In this document: piece by piece, positions 9,119-18,020 of the stretch
How positions within the stretch are numbered: position 1 is the stretch's first letter
How the letters are laid out: each line of letters begins with the position of its first letter
NCBI GenBank assembly: GCA_023267635.1
Contig: JAHFMX010000004.1
Coordinates: forward strand, 2,837-66,836
From: a bacterium
GTDB taxonomy: Bacteria > Patescibacteriota > Minisyncoccia > Phycocordibacterales > UBA5272
Length of the DNA stretch: 64,000 bases
Direction: 5' to 3'
Made by a program: the position numbers and the translations under genes
Notes under the pieces: model-generated
Told to the model about the DNA's origin: nothing
Database searches by the model: none
What the model saw: only the letters and a program-made list of their open reading frames with translations

Positions 9119-9795
9119 TATATAAACTCTACAGGAATTTCTGCCGTAAATGTTTTTTCTTCGCCGTTAAGTGTGAAGGAAAGTGAGTATGCGTGTAGCA
9201 TAATGCGTGAATCTTTAACGGTACTGCCGTATGCAATGTCTCCGACAATGGGATGTCCACCATATGACATGTGTGCGCGTAACTGATGTGTACGACCTGT
9301 TAAGGGAGCAAGTTCTACGAGGGTTGTGTTGCTGTTTCTTTGTAAAACGTTTACTTCTGTAACAGCAGAACGTAGTTCGCCTCGTGGGTTGATGGGATTA
9401 ACTGATTGTTTGTATTCCTTTTTATTTCTACCAAGAGGAGCATCAATGGTGTAGCTATCTTTTTCTACGACTCCTTCAACCAAAGCAATATATTTTTTTG
9501 TAGTAGCATGATTTAAAAACTCCTTTTTGAGCGCTTCAAAGGTGGGTTCATTTTTCGCAATAACCATAACGCCAGAAGTTTCCCTATCTAATTTATGTAC
9601 GATGCCTCCTAATGGAATGATTCTTTCGTCCTGGAGGGTTATAGAGTTGTTGATAGAAAACATAGCAGGGGAATGCGCATACAAAAAATCAACAACCGTT
9701 TCTTCGTCAGAAAAGTCAAAAGGGTGTACTACGACACCTGAAGGCTTATCTATAACAAGTATGTTTTCATCCTCGAATATAACAGGGATAATCAT
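9118..9795 (-). CDS. RluA/RluD-family pseudouridine synthase (no S4 domain)
   Basis: IDKPSGVVVHP, HKLDRETSG, TGRTHQLRAHM, HPIVGD. Confidence 0.92.
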   Translation of the reverse strand: MIIPVIFEDENILVIDKPSGVVVHPFDFSDEETVVDFLYAHSPAMFSINNSITLQDERIIPLGGIVHKLDRETSGVMVIAKNEPTFEALKKEFLNHATTKKYIALVEGVVEKDSYTIDAPLGRNKKEYKQSVNPINPRGELRSAVTEVNVLQRNSNTTLVELAPLTGRTHQLRAHMSYGGHPIVGDIAYGSTVKDSRIMLHAYSLSFTLNGEEKTFTAEIPVEFI

Positions 9796-9810
9796 GATTA
9801 GTTCATACTA

Positions 9811-10043
9811 CGGGAAAGGAGGAGGAATAACAAGAAAGGACTTGGTTGTAATATGTTTTGGAAAGGAGTCTTGGCTACAAGTTTTGTGTCGTCGCCACTC
9901 CACAAACTCGCAGCCCGCCCCTCGTGGTTTTGCTTGCTAGCAAAACATCACTGCGGGCATTCAAGTCCTTAAGTAAGACAAGTCATTGTCTTACTTCCCG
10001 GGCACAAATGAAAAAACACATCAAAGATGTGTTTTTTCATTTG
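9811..10043 (-). mobile_element. tRNA-3'-associated miniature element after tRNA-Leu(TAG)
   Basis: Inverted copy of the tRNA 3' end (9960-10022, split by a 26-bp hairpin); partial direct copies at 9811-9820, 9834-9844 and 9860-9873. Confidence 0.6.
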
Positions 10044-10125
10044 TGCCCGGGAAAGGACTTGAACCTTCATGAGTTGCCTCGCTTGCTCCTAAGGCAAGTG
10101 CGTCTACCAATTTCGCCACCCGGGC
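10044..10125 (-). tRNA. tRNA-Leu(TAG)
   Basis: GCCCGGGTGGCGAAATTGGTAGACGC, cttgc-CTTAGGA-gcaag, variable arm, GGTTCAAGTCC. Confidence 0.95.
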
Positions 10126-10367
10126 ATATTTATTTTTTCTAACAACACTTTTCTACAATCTCCTTCGTAATCATTTATTTAAGCGAAATTCACCAATTAG
10201 CATCTTCCGCTTGCTAGCTCTAGATGTCTTCGAAGCCAAGCTGCTCGAGCCACCCGGGCATATATAAACCATGTAACTTTACCATAAAACGTACCTTTTG
10301 GAAAATAAAAAACCCGAGGAACGATTTAACGTTCGACTCGGGTTTTGGTTCTCATTGCGAGAATTTT

Positions 10368-11318
10368 TTAGGCGGACAATTGTGTTGCCTTGTGCACGTT
10401 AGGTAATCCTTCCGTGACATGTGCGTGTCTGCCGCGACTGGACTTCACAGTGCTCAGACGGATGCCAGCTATTTCGAGGAGTGCACGGATGTGCTGATCG
10501 AATTCTGGATTCATTTTCGCAGCGCTGTCGACATTGATGATGCTTCCGTAAAGGAGGTGTGCACTCAGGTGGTGTCCTGGTGTGAGTTTCTTCACCACGA
10601 ACTCGTTGCCGAAGTTTCCGCGACGAAGATCGAGGATGAGTTGCCCTTTTTCGTCGGGGGCACTGTAGATACCCAAACAATCTTCCTTCATCAGGTCGGT
10701 AATGGGTCGGCAGGTTTCTCCCAACATCTTGTCTTGAATCGGAACGATGTCTGCGGTCTTGGTAGAACCTTTCTCAGCCGCAGGCACAACATGGGTAGCC
10801 GTCACAAGCACAGGTGGTTGCTTTGATTCCCAGTACCGCTGCTTGACTTCTCGTATTTCGCTTTGCAGGATGCTGTGAAGAAAACCCAACATCCTGTATT
10901 GTTCTTCGCCAATGTAGCCCATGGCAAAATGACATTTTTCCAAAGGAATAAAGAGCCAGACATGCGGGATAAAGATGCCATCTGCACGTTCGATGATGGG
11001 GAATTCACTAGTCGCACCTTCGCGCATCTTGAGTGTGACATCAATGGATTCGCTCCCATTGTCGAAGTTTCGTCCGATGAGGTAGGAGCCTTCGATGCCG
11101 TCACAGAACATTTGAAAGCGCAGACGTCCTGCTGCAATCTTTTGTGCAAGTGTCTGGCGCTCGCGTTCAGTCTCACGATTGCGCTTGGGTGTGTAGTCTG
11201 GCGGGACACCCTTTGCTTTTGCCACCTTTGGCTTCTGGTAGCGAGGCTGCTCGGGGTTTTTACCCCCATTTTCGCTGTCGTGTTTCTCGGTCTTGTGACC
11301 GTTAGATTTGTTCGCCAT
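10368..11318 (-). CDS. Hypothetical protein, ORFan cassette with a basic disordered N-terminus
   Basis: 316-aa ORF; SD aaggag, promoter TTGACA-N16-TATAAT, terminator at about 10308-10347. Confidence 0.75.
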   Translation of the reverse strand: MANKSNGHKTEKHDSENGGKNPEQPRYQKPKVAKAKGVPPDYTPKRNRETERERQTLAQKIAAGRLRFQMFCDGIEGSYLIGRNFDNGSESIDVTLKMREGATSEFPIIERADGIFIPHVWLFIPLEKCHFAMGYIGEEQYRMLGFLHSILQSEIREVKQRYWESKQPPVLVTATHVVPAAEKGSTKTADIVPIQDKMLGETCRPITDLMKEDCLGIYSAPDEKGQLILDLRRGNFGNEFVVKKLTPGHHLSAHLLYGSIINVDSAAKMNPEFDQHIRALLEIAGIRLSTVKSSRGRHAHVTEGLPNVHKATQLSA

Positions 11319-11396
11319 TGCAATCTCCTTGGTATGATATGGAAAGGAACAGTTGAAGCATGTTTCTGTCAGAGTACAGCTTGTATGCCATTATAT

Positions 11397-11424
11397 ATTA
11401 TACACTAAATACATACTTTGTCAA
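11397..11424 (-). promoter_or_regulatory. Consensus sigma70 promoter of the 10368-11318 ORFan
   Basis: Minus strand TTGACA-aagtatgtatttagtg-TATAAT. Confidence 0.7.
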
Positions 11425-11463
11425 GTTATACAAAGTACTAAAAATGACGCACTCATGCGCCAT

Positions 11464-11865
11464 TTAGTTTTCTGATTCTTCCGTTTCTGGTTTACCGAGC
11501 TCTTTATCTTTTATCTTCTCGTTTCTGAGAAGTTCATCGATGTGCTGACGGTTTTTCTCTCCGTAATCAATTTCTACTTCAAAGAATGGGATTACTTTTA
11601 CAGGAAGCCGCTTCATCACGTATTTACGCATATCTGTTCGCATGCGACGAGCGAAGTCGAGCGCCGCCTGTTCCTTATCTACTGGAAGTACTGTCATGTA
11701 AATAGTTCCTTGGCGCATGTCTGGAGACACTTCACAGCGAGTGATAGTCATAAGTGAAAGACCTGATGATTCACGCTGAAAGAAATCTTGTACTAAGCTT
11801 AAGATTTCAAGACTCACTTTTGTTTGGCGCTGGCTAGGGCCTTTGTCTGCTCCTTGTGTAAACAT
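11464..11865 (-). CDS. rbfA: Ribosome-binding factor A
   Basis: TITRCEVSPDMRQGTIY and IP-x-F motif; directly downstream of infB. Confidence 0.85.
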   Translation of the reverse strand: MFTQGADKGPSQRQTKVSLEILSLVQDFFQRESSGLSLMTITRCEVSPDMRQGTIYMTVLPVDKEQAALDFARRMRTDMRKYVMKRLPVKVIPFFEVEIDYGEKNRQHIDELLRNEKIKDKELGKPETEESEN

Positions 11866-11868
11866 ATA

Positions 11869-13386
11869 TTAAATTCTAGTTTTTTCGATCTGGATTGATT
11901 CGAGAATATCTGATGGAATCATTTCGATTTTTGTTTCAACCATGAGACCACACTCATTTCCTTCGATCACTTCAGTAGCCTTAAGCTTTTGTGACTGAAG
12001 CTCAACAACACGACCACGTCCCATATCAACACCGCGACGAATAATCTTTACAAGAGAATTAAGTGCAATGCGACCAGTTTCTACACGGCCTCCAATAACA
12101 TGCTTTTCTTTCTGAGTACTAAATGTTTTAAGAACCTTAAGTGTTCCAAGTACAACTTCCTTTTCTTCGTATGGAAGGCGATCAAGCACTACGGTGTCAA
12201 ACCATTCAGAAAGTTTGTAGATGATATCAAAAGTTTCAGGAACAACCTTGAAGCGGTCTGCTTGTTCTCGAGCCTTACCGTCAATCTTTACCGCAAATCC
12301 AATGATAAGAACTTTTTCGTCTGATGAAGCTTGAATAATATCTCCCTCAGTGATTTGTCCAATTCCTTGCGCGATAATTTTTATCTTCACATGTTCGGTC
12401 TCTCTCTTTTGTAGTTCACGAATAACCGCTGAAAGTGTTCCGAGAGAATCTGCTTTAACGACGATAGGAATAACAACTCTAGCATTTCGGTAGAGGCGAG
12501 GGTCTAGCACTGTTTGAACAGCATTTGATTGTGCTTCAGATTGTAACTTCTCCATTAGTTTTTTGTCAGCAGATGAAATGAAAAGTGAACCAGCAAGAGG
12601 TGCTTCGTCAAAGCCTGTAACTTTTATTGGCTGACCTGCGTGTGGGCTTTTAATTGTTTTGCCCAAGAAGTCTTCAATAATACGAATAGGGGAAAGTGCC
12701 GTACCAGCCAAAATAGAACCAGATGCTGGAAGCGTACCGTCTTTAATGATGAGTGCGGCTGAGATACCACGCTTCTGGTCTACGAAACTTTCAAGTACAT
12801 ATCCTGTTGCTTCAACACCGAGGTTTGCTTTTAGGTCGTTCACTTCAACCACAAGAAGAAGTGTCTCAAGTAGGAAATCAATTCCTTGTCCTGATTTTGC
12901 AGAAATTTCTACGCACGGCACTTCACCTCCGTATCCTTCGATGTAAATTCCATTCTCAACAAGAGAATTCTTAGTCTTCTGGATATCAGCTCCTGGCTTA
13001 TCAATTTTATTGATGGCAACAACGTATGGAAGTTTGTGAGCTTCAATTGTTTTCCATGCTTCGAGCGTTTGAGCCTTTACTCCGTCTTCAGCTGAAACAA
13101 TAAGGATCGCAATATCTGCGATTTCTACACCGCGTTCACGCATAGACTGGAACGCTTCGTGGCCTGGTGTATCGAGGAACGTAATTGGAAGCACTCGTCC
13201 GTCGGTTGCTGTGTGCTGTACTTCGTATGAAGAAATACGCTGTGTGATACCTCCAGCTTCACCGTCCACTACGTTTGATTTGCGAATGAAGTCAAGAAGA
13301 GATGATTTTCCATGGTCGACATGACCAAGAACCGCAATAACTGGCTGACGAGAAACTATCTCCTTTTTCGGGGTGTTTGTAGGCAT
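11869..13386 (-). CDS. infB: Translation initiation factor IF-2 (short form, no N-terminal domain)
   Basis: GHVDHGKSSLLD, GGITQ, DTPGHEAF, NKID, IIYKL. Confidence 0.96.
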   Translation of the reverse strand: MPTNTPKKEIVSRQPVIAVLGHVDHGKSSLLDFIRKSNVVDGEAGGITQRISSYEVQHTATDGRVLPITFLDTPGHEAFQSMRERGVEIADIAILIVSAEDGVKAQTLEAWKTIEAHKLPYVVAINKIDKPGADIQKTKNSLVENGIYIEGYGGEVPCVEISAKSGQGIDFLLETLLLVVEVNDLKANLGVEATGYVLESFVDQKRGISAALIIKDGTLPASGSILAGTALSPIRIIEDFLGKTIKSPHAGQPIKVTGFDEAPLAGSLFISSADKKLMEKLQSEAQSNAVQTVLDPRLYRNARVVIPIVVKADSLGTLSAVIRELQKRETEHVKIKIIAQGIGQITEGDIIQASSDEKVLIIGFAVKIDGKAREQADRFKVVPETFDIIYKLSEWFDTVVLDRLPYEEKEVVLGTLKVLKTFSTQKEKHVIGGRVETGRIALNSLVKIIRRGVDMGRGRVVELQSQKLKATEVIEGNECGLMVETKIEMIPSDILESIQIEKTRI

Positions 13387-13441
13387 AAAATAATGACACA
13401 ATTATAGCACGAAAATGTAAAGATGCCTATCTCTGTAAGGC

Positions 13442-13924
13442 TTAGTTCTTATGAGCTTGTTTGGACTCTTCGAGTACTGCTTGCTCTTCTTCTGTGAGGT
13501 CGTGCGTGCTTGTGTACCCTGAAACTGGTTTCGCAAAAACAGATACTCGGTCTCGGTGATGAAGTGAAGACAAAATGAGTCCGTTTCCGAGTTCATTCAC
13601 GAGTGCTACAGCAAATGATTGATTACTTCCATTTTGATCAAAAGCTTTGAAGCGCATTGTTGATACGTTTCTAATAGACTGCGCGAGACGCTTGTCTAAT
13701 TTGAGAGCATGTTCAGCAATGAGCTCGTCATGCTTCTTAAGGTCATCTACTTTATCAAGATAGGTGCGAATGACGGACTCAAGACTTTTTGCATTTTCTC
13801 CACGAGTGAAAACAGAAATTTTATAATGAAGATATACAACATAGAGAAGAAGGATGACGAGTGCAATAGAGAGCGGAATACTTGGATACTGTAATGCTTG
13901 CTGAGCTAGAGAAGAGAGATTCAT
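13442..13924 (-). CDS. DUF4446-like membrane protein
   Basis: N-terminal TM; RFKAF...GSNQSFAVALVN..GNG.ILSSLH...VFAKP pattern. Confidence 0.75.
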   Translation of the reverse strand: MNLSSLAQQALQYPSIPLSIALVILLLYVVYLHYKISVFTRGENAKSLESVIRTYLDKVDDLKKHDELIAEHALKLDKRLAQSIRNVSTMRFKAFDQNGSNQSFAVALVNELGNGLILSSLHHRDRVSVFAKPVSGYTSTHDLTEEEQAVLEESKQAHKN

Positions 13925-14084
13925 GTTGTGCTGTAGTGTAACAAAAAAGTTTGATCTTAGTTAGGTGTGTATAACGCTTTTATTTTTTATGGAGGAATGT
14001 TAGAGTTATACGTAGTGAGGGGTGTCGGATCCTCATTTTTTGTACAAGAATCCGATTGAATCAAACTTGAACAAGGAGAAGACC

Positions 14085-14525
14085 ATGAAAAAATCGCTGA
14101 TTGCTGCCGCACTGTTGTGCGCAGCGCTCTCTGCGGGTGCTTCCATGAATGCGCAGGCTTCGGGCCAGGCGCCGCCAGGTATCCACGCTGCAACTTCGAA
14201 CAAGGTCGATGCGGTGGAAGAAGTCAACAACCAGCAACCTGCGTTCGGCGGCAATCTCGCGCCCGACGGCAAGACCTTCGTGCTCACGGTCACGGGCCAG
14301 GGCATCACCAAGTTGCTGCCTGTGCGCCTGGTTGATGCAGGATGTGGTGACATCAGCAGTGGCGGTGGTTCGCGTTGCATTACTCCGACGCTGTGGCGGC
14401 CTGCCGTGGACAAGGTCAAGGCGCCACCATTGATTGCTGCCACCCCCGACCAGAACTACACCGGCCGTGCACGTTTGCCCGCAACCTCCCTCGGTGAGCC
14501 GCCCGGCGCCGCTGTTCTCACTTGA
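14085..14525 (+). CDS. Secreted hypothetical protein, GC-rich ORFan cassette
   Basis: SD aaggag, signal peptide MKKSLIAAALLCAALSAGASMNAQA; visibly higher GC than its neighbours. Confidence 0.75.
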   Translation: MKKSLIAAALLCAALSAGASMNAQASGQAPPGIHAATSNKVDAVEEVNNQQPAFGGNLAPDGKTFVLTVTGQGITKLLPVRLVDAGCGDISSGGGSRCITPTLWRPAVDKVKAPPLIAATPDQNYTGRARLPATSLGEPPGAAVLT

Positions 14526-14641
14526 ACATCGGCAGCTGGTGAAACCTACATGCTTCCATGTGCGCAATTGCATATGTGGAAGCGTTTTTATTTTTGTCAT
14601 TTAGTAGGTGTAGTATTTCTTATAGACACAAGGAGGTATGT

Positions 14642-14854
14642 ATGCAATCGTTAAGACTAACGAAAGTTGCTGTTTTTATAAAAAAGCTTTTCGGTTCACT
14701 GCCTGCCAATTTTAAGTATGACGATTTCATTTTGTGCGGTGAACTGAGTGAATTCCATCAGATGGCTAAAGCCGCTGAGGTCACTAAAGGTTTAGAGCTG
14801 TCACGCTATCGCCTTTCTGGGTACTCTGGATATAAAACTACGTACCTGAATTAA
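14642..14854 (+). CDS. Small hypothetical protein (70 aa), ORFan cassette
   Basis: SD aaggagg before ATG 14642; hairpin with T-run after the stop. Confidence 0.6.
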   Translation: MQSLRLTKVAVFIKKLFGSLPANFKYDDFILCGELSEFHQMAKAAEVTKGLELSRYRLSGYSGYKTTYLN

Positions 14855-14903
14855 ATCAGCCCCACCGGACTGATTTTTTCTTTTGATGTGATAGAGTATT
14901 CGT

Positions 14904-16100
14904 ATGTTTAACCTGTTTACAAAAAAACAAAAAAGAATCTATCTCGACAACGCTGGAGCAACACCAGTAAGTAAGCGCGCCCAAGCTGTTCTTATTGAAC
15001 GCTTGAGTGTCTTTGGTAACCCCTCAGCCATTCACCAAGAAGGAGATAAAGCCTCCCAGGTATTACAAAAAGCACGGAATACTGTGGCAACAGCCTTGAA
15101 CGCTCATTCATATGAAATAACATTTGTTGGAACGGGAACGGAGAGTTGTAACATTGCGATTTTAGGCACCATCGCAAAGGTTTCTGGAATTACGCTTCCT
15201 CATATTATTACAACGGAGATTGAACACCCAGCTGTACTGGAACCAATCCGTCATCTCGAGAAAACAGGAAAAGTTCGCGTGACCTATCTTCCTGTGTACG
15301 ATAATGGAATTGTAAAAGTAAAAGATATTCGTGAAGCTCTCACGGAAGAAACAGTATTGGTGTCAGTTATGTATGCCAACAATGAAATCGGAACCATTCA
15401 ACCAATAAAAGAAATTGGCCGTGCGCTTGATGAGTGGAAGAGGGAGCGAGAGAGGACATTTACTTCGTATCCATACTTCCACGTGGACGCATGTCAGGCG
15501 GGAAATTATTGTAACCTCGACGTGGTGCGCCTTAAAGCACACTTAGTTACGGTGAATGCTTCAAAGGTGTATGGTCCAAAAGGAATTGCTGCACTTTATA
15601 AACGAGAGGGAATTAGTGTTGAACCAACAACCTATGGCGGCGGACAAGAACGTGAGCTACGTAGTGGAACAGAATCAGTAGCTCTCGCAGCAGCGTTTGC
15701 TGAAGCGCTCACTGAAGCAGTTGAATTGCGTGATACAGAATCAGAACGACTAGCAGTATTACGAGACTTCTTTTTCAAAGAAGTTGTAAAACATATTCCT
15801 GATGTAACTATCTATGGAGATACGAAAGAAAGACTTCCAAATAATATCAACATTCGTGTTCCAGGTATCACAAGTGATGAGCTCATCTTACGTCTTGATG
15901 CGAATGGGTTTGCCGTCTCACATAAATCAGCGTGTGCCTCTGCTGAGACTGATGGAAGTTATGTTGTGCAAGCGCTCGGTGCCACGATTGCGGAATCGTT
16001 AGAAAACGTGCGCATCACACTCGGACGGGACACGACACAGTCAGATCTTGAAAGGCTTATTTCATCGCTCCAAACTATTAAAGAAACATTTGGGCGCTAG
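14904..16100 (+). CDS. iscS: Cysteine desulfurase (IscS/NifS family)
   Basis: IYLDNAGATP, GNPS, MYANNEIG, HVDACQ, SKVYGPKG, RSGT, SACAS. Confidence 0.93.
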   Translation: MFNLFTKKQKRIYLDNAGATPVSKRAQAVLIERLSVFGNPSAIHQEGDKASQVLQKARNTVATALNAHSYEITFVGTGTESCNIAILGTIAKVSGITLPHIITTEIEHPAVLEPIRHLEKTGKVRVTYLPVYDNGIVKVKDIREALTEETVLVSVMYANNEIGTIQPIKEIGRALDEWKRERERTFTSYPYFHVDACQAGNYCNLDVVRLKAHLVTVNASKVYGPKGIAALYKREGISVEPTTYGGGQERELRSGTESVALAAAFAEALTEAVELRDTESERLAVLRDFFFKEVVKHIPDVTIYGDTKERLPNNINIRVPGITSDELILRLDANGFAVSHKSACASAETDGSYVVQALGATIAESLENVRITLGRDTTQSDLERLISSLQTIKETFGR

Positions 16101-16159
16101 TCACTCGATTGGTACTGTATTACACTGGTACCATCAACTACTAATTAATACTTATATTT

Positions 16160-16726
16160 ATGTACGAACAAAAAGATTTTGCACACCTGCTCTCGACTCC
16201 TGGATTTTCTGATGCGTTGCTCACTAATCACTTCACGCTCTATCAAGGGTATGTGAAGAATACCAACGCTCTTATCGAAAAGTTTAAGACACTTGAAATT
16301 GGAACTCCTGAATATGCAGAACTCCATCGTCGTTTTGGATGGGAATGGAACGGGATGCGACTTCATGAGCTTTATTTTGAGAACATGAAAAATGGTGGAG
16401 TGGCACTGACTGCAGGCTCTGAATTACAGAAAGTTATCGAATACGTATGGGGCTCATTTGAAAATTGGCAGAAAGAATTTATTGGTATCGGAACAATGCG
16501 TGGTATTGGATGGGTGGTCCTTGCGTATGATCCAGTAAAGAAAATGGTTTTCAACACATGGGTAAATGAACACAACGAAGGAAATCTAGCAGGAGCAGTT
16601 CCTGTTCTCGTTATGGATGTATTTGAACATGCATTTATGGTTGATTACGGACTCAAGCGCGCTGACTATATCACCGCGTTTATGAATGCAATTGATTGGA
16701 GTGTTGCAGAGAAGAGATTAGTTTAA
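16160..16726 (+). CDS. sod: Fe/Mn superoxide dismutase
   Basis: H..LY.GYV, NGMRLHELYF, GIGWVVL, DVFEHAF. Confidence 0.9.
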   Translation: MYEQKDFAHLLSTPGFSDALLTNHFTLYQGYVKNTNALIEKFKTLEIGTPEYAELHRRFGWEWNGMRLHELYFENMKNGGVALTAGSELQKVIEYVWGSFENWQKEFIGIGTMRGIGWVVLAYDPVKKMVFNTWVNEHNEGNLAGAVPVLVMDVFEHAFMVDYGLKRADYITAFMNAIDWSVAEKRLV

Positions 16727-16752
16727 ATTAAAAAGCTAATATAATACTAACA

Positions 16753-17265
16753 ATGAAGTGGATTCTATTTACAGGTACCTGGAAGCTTACAAATCATGAA
16801 GTGGAGAATGATGTACGAGAAGCTGCTCGTGAAGTGCTTTCTCGTGGAGATGGAATCGTAACGGGAGGGGCTACTGGAGTGGATTATTTTGCTATGGATG
16901 AAGCCATGAAAATGTTTCCAGATGCTTCACGTTTAAAAGTTATCATTCCAGCAATGTTTAAAAGCTATGTGTATGACTATCATACTAACTGGCTTATGCC
17001 TCCAGTTACCACAGAGAGCATCTACAATCTCGAAAAAATTCTTCAACAGATAAAAGACACAAATCCTGAATCTCTTGTTGAAATGCCAAACGATATAATC
17101 ACGCAAGACCACTACAATGATCGCCACGATGAGGAGGTAAAGATTTCAGATGAAGTGTATGCTTTCCAAGTTAACAACAGTACTGGAACACAGGATACTA
17201 TCGACAAAGCTGCTAAGAGTGGTTTGCCTATCATTCTCCATAAGAAGTACACGATTGTGATTTAG
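16753..17265 (+). CDS. SLOG-superfamily (Smf/LOG-like) protein
   Basis: ILFTG...IVTGGATGVD and S.GT..TI motifs. Confidence 0.65.
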   Translation: MKWILFTGTWKLTNHEVENDVREAAREVLSRGDGIVTGGATGVDYFAMDEAMKMFPDASRLKVIIPAMFKSYVYDYHTNWLMPPVTTESIYNLEKILQQIKDTNPESLVEMPNDIITQDHYNDRHDEEVKISDEVYAFQVNNSTGTQDTIDKAAKSGLPIILHKKYTIVI

Positions 17266-17342
17266 GCTATAAAGCTAACCTCACTTAAAATTCTTATAAA
17301 AAACAAAACCGCCGAAGCTGCTTTGCTTGGCGGTATGTCCAC

Positions 17343-17552
17343 TTAGTTTTTTTTGATGACCTTGACGGGTGTGCAGGTTATGGGTTTTCCATCTTGTCCG
17401 AAGATGGGGGTTCCCACATTCGTATAAAGGGTTTTGGAAATTTCCAGGCAAACATTCTCGTCTGGGGAGAAAACCTTTGCGTAGTTGTTGCCACAACTCC
17501 AGGGCATGAGTGCAAGAATCAACAACAGGACACCAAAGATAGAGTAGTTCAT
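17343..17552 (-). CDS. Small lipoprotein-like hypothetical protein, ORFan cassette
   Basis: Hydrophobic N-terminus ending in PWSC; purine-rich aaaggga upstream; hairpin downstream. Confidence 0.6.
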   Translation of the reverse strand: MNYSIFGVLLLILALMPWSCGNNYAKVFSPDENVCLEISKTLYTNVGTPIFGQDGKPITCTPVKVIKKN

Positions 17553-17580
17553 TTCAATTCCCTTTGTCTTTTGGCGGAAT

Positions 17581-17826
17581 TTATTCGCGACTTGCGTGCA
17601 AGAGCCTTTTGCAATGGTTGGCCAGCGTCACGGCCGCGACTGAGATGAAGCCGACAATCGAGGTGATGAGGATAACTACCTTCACCACCTCAAACCAGTT
17701 CACCAAACGCGCTTGGTTGGAAATACTGATCAGCATTGGCATGATGAGGAAGCTCAGAGCTCCCAAGATAGCCAGCGCAGCAAGAAGGATTGCAGCCAAA
17801 GTAACTGTAATGGTTTTGATGCCCAT
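17581..17826 (-). CDS. Small 2-TM hypothetical protein, ORFan cassette
   Basis: Two hydrophobic helices; TTGACA-N17-CATAAT promoter, SD ggag. Confidence 0.6.
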   Translation of the reverse strand: MGIKTITVTLAAILLAALAILGALSFLIMPMLISISNQARLVNWFEVVKVVILITSIVGFISVAAVTLANHCKRLLHASRE

Positions 17827-18020
17827 GTGTTTTCTCCAAGGTTATATATTGAGTAAAGAGCCATATGTATTATGCTATTTTTACCGAATATTGTCAAGTT
17901 GACTGGTATGGCGTAATTTGAGATTGTAGGTATATACCGTATTGACTGACTATCCACCACGCCTGAGACTCTGAACTGATACACTGAGCTAAAGACCTTG
18001 TGTTTTAACATTTACAATCC

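Noticed and set aside
10399-11408. Overlapping alternative ORFs (10399-, 10419+, 10802-, 10863+) and those at 14033-14600
   Set aside because: Shadow frames of GC-richer genes; only the chosen frames have an SD, promoter or signal peptide.
17900-18020. CIRCE or CtsR heat-shock operator upstream of clpB
   Set aside because: No TTAGCACTC-N9-GAGTGCTAA and no clear tandem GTCAAA repeat.
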